Source: an uncultured Actinomycetota bacterium
GTDB lineage: Bacteria > Actinomycetota > Actinomycetes > JAHEKZ01
Length of the DNA stretch: 64,000 nt
Direction of reading: 5' to 3'
Assembly: GCA_963743915.1 (NCBI GenBank)
Contig: CAVURN010000003.1
Location: forward strand, 160,001 to 224,000
Made by a program: the position numbers and the translations under genes. The notes beneath the pieces were generated by a model. It did not search any database and was not told where the DNA came from. It saw only the letters and a list, made by a program, of their open reading frames with translations. Positions 39,535-47,629 of the stretch are shown here, piece after piece; position 1 is the stretch's first letter; every line of letters begins with the position of its first letter.

Positions 39535-40631
39535 ACATCGAAGAGCTCGCCACCGCGATGGGCAGGAAGACCCGCGAGGCCGTCCGGGCCAGCCTTGACG
39601 ACGAGGCAGCCCTTCAAGCCGTGACATCCCGCGAACGCGTGAACCGGCGTACGACCATCGCGGTCGCGATCGCCGTAGCCGTCACGCTGGCCGCTGTGCT
39701 CGTCGCACAGCTGATGAGGCCCGACGCGCCTGCGTTGAACCCCTCACCGGCTCCGGCGGCTCCCACGGCGACACCGACTGCAACGCCGAGTCCCACGAGC
39801 GCGCCGACACCGCATGATGCCGACCACTCGCTGCTCGCCGATGTGCGCCTCGTCGAGCTTCGCGGCGGCACGTCGACCGACCTTCCCCGGAGCATCCGCA
39901 GCATCAACAGTGTGCAGAACTTCGAGACCTCCCCCGACGGCGATCAGCTGGCGTTCTACGGTGACGGCAGCATCTACGTGGCCGGGCTCGACGGGGCCTT
40001 GCCTCGGAAGCTCTGCAGTGCCTCGCCCTATGCGGCGCCGAGCTGGGCACCGGACGGGCAGAGCCTGGTCTTCAGTGAGGACCGCGCCTTGCGGGTGGTC
40101 GATGTCTCCACGGGCGAAGTTCGGCGCATCACCACGGGCGAACACCCCATCCACACCCCGGACTTCAGCCCCGATGGCGGCACGGTTCTCTTCACCATGC
40201 AGCACAACGACGCCCTCGCACTTTGGAATGTCTCGTCGCAGGGCGGTGACCCGGTGCTGCTTCTCGACAGAGCGGCCTTCGGCACCTACTCGCCCGATGG
40301 CCGGTCGATAGCCTTCCGACGCACCGACTTCGTCGACGGTGACTATTCGCAGATGTCCAACGGTTCGGTCTGGTTGGCCAGCGCAAGTGGAGGGAATCCG
40401 CGCAGGATAGGTCCCTCGACCGCTTGGATGAGCCAGATCTCATCGTCGGCTCTCTGGCCGGCATGGTCACCTGACGGCACGCGGATCGCCTACGAACCGC
40501 TCATGGGTCGGCCCCTCAGGGTCGTCGATGTCTCCACCGGCCGGACCCACACGGTCGCAACGGGAACGAAGGTCGACTGGCTGGACGATGACACTCTCAT
40601 CGTCGGCGACGCGACACTGACGCCGGGCTGA
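39531..40631 (+). CDS. Putative anti-sigma factor: single TM, Pro/Thr linker, TolB-like PD40 beta-propeller
   Basis: GTGA overlap with the sigma gene; repeats 'SPDGDQLAF', 'WAPDGQSLVF', 'FSPDGGTVLF', 'YSPDGRSIAF', 'WSPDGTRIAY'. Confidence 0.8.
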   Translation: MNIEELATAMGRKTREAVRASLDDEAALQAVTSRERVNRRTTIAVAIAVAVTLAAVLVAQLMRPDAPALNPSPAPAAPTATPTATPSPTSAPTPHDADHSLLADVRLVELRGGTSTDLPRSIRSINSVQNFETSPDGDQLAFYGDGSIYVAGLDGALPRKLCSASPYAAPSWAPDGQSLVFSEDRALRVVDVSTGEVRRITTGEHPIHTPDFSPDGGTVLFTMQHNDALALWNVSSQGGDPVLLLDRAAFGTYSPDGRSIAFRRTDFVDGDYSQMSNGSVWLASASGGNPRRIGPSTAWMSQISSSALWPAWSPDGTRIAYEPLMGRPLRVVDVSTGRTHTVATGTKVDWLDDDTLIVGDATLTPG

Positions 40632-40671
40632 GCCTTACCCCGACAGCCACACCGCCACTACCCTGACGACG

Positions 40672-43663
40672 ATGACCGCCCTGATGCATCGCGTAGGTCG
40701 CATCTGTGCGGACAACGCCCTGGTGGTCGTCATCCTTTGGGTGCTCGTCGCGATCAGCCTCACCATCGCCATCCGCGTCTTCGGCGCGCAGACCGACAAC
40801 GACCTCTCCCTGCCGGGCACCGGCAGCCAGGACGCCACCGACGTCCTGGCTCAGCGCTTCCCGCCCCAGCAGAACGGCACCAGCCCCATCGTCTTCTACA
40901 CGCCCGACGGGAAGCTGACCGACAAGCAGCACAAGCCGGCGATGAAGGACGCCGTGGCCGCCCTCAAGAAGGCACCGGACGTCTACAGCGTCATCAGCCC
41001 CGTCTCCAGCAAGGGTCAGACAGCCGGACTGATCTCGAAGGACGAGGCCACCGGCTACGCACCGGTGCTGCTCACCATCGACTCCGGTCTGGTGGACGAG
41101 GACCTCGCGCAACAGATCCTGGACGCCGCGCGCGACCCGGCGTCGAAGGCGGGCATCCAGGTCGAGGCCGGAGGTTCGATCGGCAGCCGGCTGAGCGAGC
41201 CGAAGACCGAGAGCAGCGAGGTCGTCGGCCTGACAGCAGCGATGGTCATCCTCACCCTGGTGCTCGGGAGTCTCGTGGCGATGGGGCTGCCCATCCTGGT
41301 GGCGGTGTTCTCACTGTCGGCGGCGCTGTCGGTGATCGGGCTGCTCGGGCACCTCTTCGGGATCCCCAGCATCGCCCCGACGGTGGCGACGATGATCGGC
41401 CTCGGTGTCGGCATCGACTACGCGCTCTTCATGGTCACCCGCCACAAGGATCAGCTCGCGCGGGGAATGGGGATCAGAGAGTCGGTCGCCGAAGCGGTCG
41501 CGACGTCGGGAAGTGCGATCGTCTTCGCCGGCAGCACGGTGATCATCGCGTTGACTGCCCTCGTGCTGGCGGACATTCCCCTGGTCACCTCGATCGGTCT
41601 GGCCGCGGCTGTCGCGGTCCTCATCGCTGTCCTCGGCGCGACCACGCTGCTCCCCGCGGGCCTGTCCTTGGTCGGGAACGGCATCCACCGTCTCGCCGTC
41701 CCGTCCTTCCTGCAGCGACGCGAGGCGTCCTCGACCGGTGGCTTCTGGGGCGGCTGGGCGCGCGCCGATCACCGGACACCCCTGGATCGCACTCGTGGGA
41801 TCGGTCGCCCTGCTGGTGCCGCTGATCATCCCGGTCTTCTCGCTGGAGCTGGGCCAGGAGGACATCTCGGTGGCACCCACCTCGACGACGGAGCGTCGGG
41901 CGTACGACCTGACCACCGCTGGACTCGGTGTCGGGTACAACGGCCCGCTGCTCGTCGCGTCGACCCTCGACCCGGTGGCAACCCCAAGTGACAAGTACCA
42001 GAACCAGTACGACGAGGCCACGTCGCTGCAGAAGGAGCTCGAGCGGGAGAAGAAGTCACTCACCCAGCAGCAGAAGCAGCTCGAGGCGCAGCAGGCCGAG
42101 CTCGAGCAGCAGCAGGCAGAGCTCGAGGTCGAGGCCGCTGACCTGCAGACGCAGCAGGACGAGCTGCTCGCGGAGCAGAGCGCTCTGGAGTCGGAGAAGT
42201 CACAGCTGCAGGCCGCGCAGCTCGAGCTCGAGCAGCAGCAGGCCACCCTCGCAGCAGGAGGCACGGACGCTGAGAAGCGACGCCGAGGTGCTGGCAGGAG
42301 AGGCAAAGCGCACCGCGGCCGCCCTGGCAGCGGTGCGCGCTCGCGAGGCGGTCATCCAGGCAGCGGCTCGACGAAACCACCGATCCGAGCAGGATCGCGC
42401 GCCTCGAGCGACGCCTCGAGCGCGTCCAGGTCGCGCGAGCAGGCACTGGTGAGTCGTGCCGAGAGGCTCGAACGTGAAGGGCGTCGGCTCGCGCGGGAGG
42501 GGCGTCGACTCGCCGCCCAGGCGGAGCGGCTGCAGCAGGAGGGCGACGCTCTGCAGGCACAGGCAACGGCACTCAGCGCGCAGGCCGATGCGCTCAGCGC
42601 CCAGGCGTCCGGGCTGCAGAGGCAGGCTGACCAGCTGCAGGCAGAGGGTGACCAGCTCCAGGCGAAGGGCGACGCGCTGCAGGGTCAGGCGGACCAGCTG
42701 AAGGCGGAGCAGCAGAAGGCACAGAAGCAGCAGAAACGCGCCGAGAAGCTGCAGCGCGAGCTGACCAAGGAGCTGACGCAGGCAGGGGGGGACGATCGCG
42801 CGACCGACTCGAGAGTCGTGGCGCTGCAGAACACCCTGCTGGCGACTCCCGGTGTCGTGGCTCTGACGCCGCCGCAGGTGTCGAAGAAGGGCGACGCGCT
42901 GGTCATCAACGCGATACCGGCAACGGCCCCAGCCTCTGACGAGACCGCGGCACTCGTGGGCGAGCTCCGAGACGACGTGCTGCCCACTCTCACCGACGAC
43001 GGTCAGATGGAGTCGTACGTGGGCGGCTACACCGCCAGCTACGTCGACCTCGCGACGAAGATCGCCGACCGGCTGCTACTGGTGGTGCTGGCCGTGCTGA
43101 CGCTGAGCTTCCTGTTGCTGCTCGTCGCCTTCCGCTCGGTGCTGGTGCCGCTGCAGGCGGCCATCATGAACCTGCTGTCGGTCGCGGCGTCATTCGGCGT
43201 ACTCACGGCCGTCTTCCAGTGGGGCTGGGGACTGTCGCTGGTCGGGCTGGACGCGCCCGCGGGAACCGTCCCGATCGCCAGCTACGTCCCGCTGCTCATG
43301 TTCGCGATCCTCTTCGGGCTGTCGATGGACTACGAGGTCTTCCTGGTGAGCCAGATCGTCGCCCACCGTGACCAGGGATCAGCGCCACGTCCGGCCGTTG
43401 CCGAGGGTCTCGCCGGAAGTGCCAAGGTGATCAGCGCCGCCGCCCTCATCATGTTCTGTGTCTTCGGCAGCTTCATCCTGAACGGTGACCCGACCGTCAA
43501 ACAGTTCGGCGTCGGCTTGTCCGTCGCCGTCTTCCTGGCCGGGACGCTGGTGCTGATCCTCGCTCCGGCACTGCTGTACCTGTTCGGCGACCACACCTGG
43601 CGCCTGCCGCGCTGGATGGAGCGCCTGCTGCCCGACATCGGACTGAAGGAGGGCCCTCCGTGA
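40672..43663 (+). CDS. MmpL/RND-family transporter with a long coiled-coil insertion (frameshifts ~41765, ~42270-42430)
   Basis: 'LPGTGSQ', 'GLGVGIDYALF', 'ATSGSAIVFAG', 'GYNGPL', 'FGLSMDYEVFL', 'AALIM'; leaderless with TACCCT -10. Confidence 0.92.
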
Positions 43664-43690
43664 CCGTCGACTTGAACGCGGGCGCCGACG

Positions 43691-44524
43691 TCACGGCAGG
43701 CGAGGGACGAGCGGGGCCAGCACGTCCTGACCCTCCTGCACGATCCCGTAGTGCGACTCCGGCACCTCGATCCATGCGCCGCTGAGGTCCGACAGCGGTT
43801 CGGAGACGATGATGCGCGTCTCGTCGGAGACGTCACGCAGGACCTCCAGCTCGGGATGCAGCTCACGGACCGTCGCGACCAGGGCGCTGTAGAAGAGCGT
43901 GCGCGACTGTCCCTCACTCGAGTAGCGGAAGGCCCAGACGCGAACCCCGTCGGTGGTCACCACCGTCATCTGGATCGGCAGCTCGACGCCGTGGGCGCGT
44001 CCCACCTGCTCGACGTAGCCGATCATCCGCTCCACCGCGGTGACCGGATCCTGCTGCAGCCCGAAGCTGAGCGCCAGGTGGAAGAGCACCTCGGAGTCCG
44101 TGGAACCGACGATCGCCGGGTAGAGGCTGGCATCCACCGCCATCACGAGGTCACGCTTGACCTTCGCGAACTCGCGCACCGCCCCGTTGTGCGCCCACAG
44201 CCAGTTCTCGTGCCGGAACGGGTGGCAGTTGGTCTGCTGGACGGGGGTGCCGGTCGTCGCGCGCACGTGTGCGATGAAGAGCGGCGAGTGGATGTGCCGG
44301 GCCATCTCCTCCAGATTCGCGTCGGCCCATGCGGGTTGGACGCTCCGGAACAACCCGGGCACTGGGTCACCCGGGGCGTACCACCCCACCCCGAAGCCAT
44401 CGGCATTGAGCGCGGTCGCCCCCATCGCCGACTCGCGGCTCTGGTGGATGAGCGAGTTCGCCGGCTTCGAGACGAGGTACTCGATGGGCAGGGTCGATCC
44501 GGAGTACGCCAACCACCGACACAT
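43691..44524 (-). CDS. Stand-alone class II glutamine amidotransferase (Ntn, EgtC/YafJ-like)
   Basis: 'MCRWLAY', 'NADGFGVGWY', 'AHVRATT', 'NCHPF', 'HNG', 'GSTDSE', 'VSEPL'. Confidence 0.93.
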   Translation of the reverse strand: MCRWLAYSGSTLPIEYLVSKPANSLIHQSRESAMGATALNADGFGVGWYAPGDPVPGLFRSVQPAWADANLEEMARHIHSPLFIAHVRATTGTPVQQTNCHPFRHENWLWAHNGAVREFAKVKRDLVMAVDASLYPAIVGSTDSEVLFHLALSFGLQQDPVTAVERMIGYVEQVGRAHGVELPIQMTVVTTDGVRVWAFRYSSEGQSRTLFYSALVATVRELHPELEVLRDVSDETRIIVSEPLSDLSGAWIEVPESHYGIVQEGQDVLAPLVPRLP

Positions 44525-44551
44525 GCGTGACCTCCTCGCTCGGGACCAGCG

Positions 44552-45349
44552 TCACGTCTCCGTCGGGGCGACGGCCAGGGTCGGACGACCCTCGGACATC
44601 GTCATGAGCGCCGCCACGAGGAAGCAGACCGCACCGAGGAAGGTTCCACCGTTGGCGAGCGTCGCGTCGAGCATGGTCCCGGTGTCCGTGACGTAGGCCC
44701 CGACGGCAGAGACTCCGAAGAACACCGACCCCCACAGGTTCAGCGCGGTCACGTGCCAGTCGCGGTGCCGGGGACGCCACGACCACCACCGATGCCCCGC
44801 CTCGGCGAACGCGATCGCCGACGCCACCAGGAAGCAGGCCGAGCCGATCACGTCCGGACGCCAGATCACCCGGTTCACGAGGTCCTCGGGGACGGAGAAG
44901 AGGGACAGGAACGTCATCACGTTGAAGTAGAGCGTGCCGACCAGCTGGATCGCCGTCGCCCAGAAGCCCATCGCGTGCGGCGTCCATCCGAACCAACGGT
45001 GGCCGGACTCCCGCACCACCTGCAGGTAGGACAGGTAGGCGGCCGTGGTGAAGAACAACGAGCCGACGAAGTACGTCAGCGCCGTCGCCTCGCCACCGAC
45101 GGCGGACGCGTAGGCGGGGATCGGTCCCAGCACGAAACAGGTTGAGCCGATCGCGAACAACAGGCCGATCCACCAGGTCAGTCCGCGGTGCGAGACATCG
45201 GCCGCCTTGCGGTGCTGTCTGGCCTGCCACCGCACGACGCTTCCGTCAGGCAGCGAGTACCGGACCTCGGTGACGAAGGGACGCGGTCCCCGGACGACGA
45301 CGTCCGTCGCGTCGTCCGGGACGTCGACCGGCAGCCGAGCGGGTCGCAC
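44552..45349 (-). CDS. 6-TM membrane protein (YrhK-like)
   Basis: 'WIGLLFAIGSTCF', 'FVGSLFFT', 'WRPDVIGSACFL', 'NLWGSVFFG', 'GTFLGAVCF'; starts 2 bp after the gadB stop. Confidence 0.75.
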   Translation of the reverse strand: MRPARLPVDVPDDATDVVVRGPRPFVTEVRYSLPDGSVVRWQARQHRKAADVSHRGLTWWIGLLFAIGSTCFVLGPIPAYASAVGGEATALTYFVGSLFFTTAAYLSYLQVVRESGHRWFGWTPHAMGFWATAIQLVGTLYFNVMTFLSLFSVPEDLVNRVIWRPDVIGSACFLVASAIAFAEAGHRWWSWRPRHRDWHVTALNLWGSVFFGVSAVGAYVTDTGTMLDATLANGGTFLGAVCFLVAALMTMSEGRPTLAVAPTET

Positions 45350-45351
45350 GC

Positions 45352-46746
45352 TCAGTGGCGGAACGACTCGGTGTGATCAGGGTCGTGGGGCAGCTTGGCC
45401 GGGAGATTCTCGAGAAACTCGGTGGTCCGGCGCAGGTCGTCGAGGAAGAGATCGGCCAGGTCGCGGCCGAAACCGTTGCGCACGACGACACGCAGCCCGG
45501 AGAGGTCGGTGAGGTTGTCCGGAAGCGAGTAGGCGGGAACCTGCCATCCGCGCTCACGCAGCTTGGCCGACACGTCGTACACCGTGTAGTTGGTGACGTC
45601 AGGCTTGAGCCGGAAGAAGAACACGGGTAGCTCCGAGCCGTCCGAGAGCAGCTCGTACGGACCGATCTGAGCAACGGCCGCCGACAGGTACATCGCCGTG
45701 TCACGACACGCCTGCTGCACCTCGCGGTATCCCTCCCGGCCGAGCCGGATCAGGTTGTAGTACTGCGCGATGACCTGCGCGCCAGGACGGGAAAAGTTCA
45801 GCGCGAACGTCGGCATGTCGCCACCGAGGTAGTTCACGTGGAACACGAGGTCCTCGGGAAGGTCCTCGGGCGTGCGCCAGATGACCCACCCGACACCCGG
45901 GTAGACCAGGCCGAACTTGTGACCGGATGCGTTGATCGACCGCACCCGCGGGACCCGGAAGTCCCAAGGAAGATCTGGATCGATGAAGGGTGCGACGAAA
46001 CCGCCGGAGGCTGCGTCGACGTGCACCGGGATGTCCGGGCCACCGGACGCCGCCAGTGCGTCGAGCGCGTCCGCGATCTCCTTCACCGGTTCGTACGAGC
46101 CGTCGAAGGTCGACCCGAGGATGGCGACCACCCCGATGGTGTTCTCGTCGCAGAGCTTGAGTGCCTCCTCGGCGTTGAGCTGGAGTCGACCCTCCTCGAT
46201 CGGGGCGTACCGGGGCTCGACGTCCCAGTAACGGCAGAACTTCTCCCAGACCACCTGGACGTTGATCCCCATGACGAGGTTCGGGCGGTCCGTCGACAGT
46301 CCGGCCGCCTCACGGCGCTGCCGCCACCGCCACTTCAGAGCCAAGCCCCCGAGCATCACCGCTTCGCTCGACCCGGTGGTGGAGGTGCCGGTGGCCTGCG
46401 CGTCGCCCGGCGCGTTCCACAGCGCGGAGATGATGCTGACGCAGCGACCTTCGATCGCGGCCGTCTGTGGGTACTCGTCCTTGTCGATCATGTTCTTGTC
46501 GGAGGACTCGGCCATCAGCCGGTCGGCTTCCTCGTCCATGAACGTGGTGACGAAGGTGGCCAGGTTCTGCCGGGCGTTCCCGTCGAGCATCAGCTCGTCG
46601 TGGATCAGCCGGTAGGCCACCTTGGGGTCGAGTCCCTCAGGAGGCAGCGCGTCCTTGGGGATGCCATTGAGCTCGCCGGGCCGTGCGTACACCGGGGCGA
46701 TCGCCAGCCGTTCGAGCTCGAGAATCTCGTTGCGGTGCAGAGCCAT
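45352..46746 (-). CDS. gadB: Glutamate decarboxylase
   Basis: 'LDGNARQNLATFVTT', 'KNMIDKDEYPQT', 'GSSEA', 'HVDAASGGF', PLP lysine 'SGHKFG', 'NFSRPG', 'GWQVPAY'. Confidence 0.97.
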   Translation of the reverse strand: MALHRNEILELERLAIAPVYARPGELNGIPKDALPPEGLDPKVAYRLIHDELMLDGNARQNLATFVTTFMDEEADRLMAESSDKNMIDKDEYPQTAAIEGRCVSIISALWNAPGDAQATGTSTTGSSEAVMLGGLALKWRWRQRREAAGLSTDRPNLVMGINVQVVWEKFCRYWDVEPRYAPIEEGRLQLNAEEALKLCDENTIGVVAILGSTFDGSYEPVKEIADALDALAASGGPDIPVHVDAASGGFVAPFIDPDLPWDFRVPRVRSINASGHKFGLVYPGVGWVIWRTPEDLPEDLVFHVNYLGGDMPTFALNFSRPGAQVIAQYYNLIRLGREGYREVQQACRDTAMYLSAAVAQIGPYELLSDGSELPVFFFRLKPDVTNYTVYDVSAKLRERGWQVPAYSLPDNLTDLSGLRVVVRNGFGRDLADLFLDDLRRTTEFLENLPAKLPHDPDHTESFRH

Positions 46747-46781
46747 GGCGTCAACCTAGGCCCGCGCGGCCCTCGGGTCCA

Positions 46782-46798
46782 TCGTCCCGATCGGACCA
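46782..46798. promoter_or_regulatory. 17-bp TCGTCC-N5-GGACCA site (recurring motif, copy 4) at -36 to -52 of the leaderless gadB promoter
   Basis: 23 bp from minus-strand TAGGTT (46753-46758), which sits 6 nt before the ATG. Confidence 0.55.
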
Positions 46799-46806
46799 TT
46801 CACGGG

Positions 46807-47478
46807 CTATGCCTGGGGGACCAGCGCCAGTACGCGAGCCGGGAACCCAGAGGCACCGGAGATCCTGGGCACGCCCACCACCGCCCAGGCACCCACCGGA
46901 GGCACCTCCGCGAGGTTCGTCAGGTTCTCGACGTGCCAGACGCCGCGGGGCAGCGTGACGTCCCGGTGGACGCTGAAGTCGGCGACCTGGCCAGGGTCGA
47001 TCCCGAGGGTGTCGATCCCCAGTCCCACCACACCCCGCTCGACGAGCAGGGTGGCCGCGTCGACCCCGAAACCCGGGAAGCGCAGCACGTCCGTGCCCGG
47101 GTCGGGCCAGTCGGTGCGCAGGAACACCACGGAGCCTTCCTCGACCCGACCGTGCCTCTGCTCGTGGGCCGCCACCTCGGCCGCCGAAAGCGCGGCGTCC
47201 GGGTCCTCGTGGGCCCTGTCGCAGAAGTCGATCACCTGAAGCGGCCGGACCAGGTGCTCCGCGGGAACGTCGGCGACGCTCCACGCACCGTCCACGAAGT
47301 GGCTCGGCGCATCGAAGTGTGTCCCGCTGTGCTCGTCGAGCGTCAGTCGTCTGGTGAAGGAGCCGTCATGCTCGATGGTCTCGATCGACTCGACGACCAG
47401 CGGTGGCGTACCTGGCCAGAGCAGGGTCGAGTCGTCGAGTGGACGCGTCAGGTCGATCACCCGCAGGGACAGTGCCAT
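46807..47478 (-). CDS. Cyclase family (kynurenine-formamidase-like) metal hydrolase
   Basis: 'IDLTRPL', 'EHSGTHFDAPSHF', 'GIDTLGID', 'ENLTNL', 'GFPARV'. Confidence 0.92.
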   Translation of the reverse strand: MALSLRVIDLTRPLDDSTLLWPGTPPLVVESIETIEHDGSFTRRLTLDEHSGTHFDAPSHFVDGAWSVADVPAEHLVRPLQVIDFCDRAHEDPDAALSAAEVAAHEQRHGRVEEGSVVFLRTDWPDPGTDVLRFPGFGVDAATLLVERGVVGLGIDTLGIDPGQVADFSVHRDVTLPRGVWHVENLTNLAEVPPVGAWAVVGVPRISGASGFPARVLALVPQA

Positions 47479-47629
47479 GAGCACAGTGTGGTGGCGTGCC
47501 CGCGATGTGTCATCGGCGTCGCCGGCCTCCAAACACCGAGCCAGGCGCGTGCGCCTGCTTGCCTCCGCTTTCGATGCCGTCAAGACTCGAGCCACATCCC
47601 GGGGACGCCTCGGGACTGGAGGGGGACCA

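Noticed and set aside
43691-44524. egtC of an ergothioneine cluster
   Set aside because: No egtA/B/D/E adjacent; context is the gadB operon
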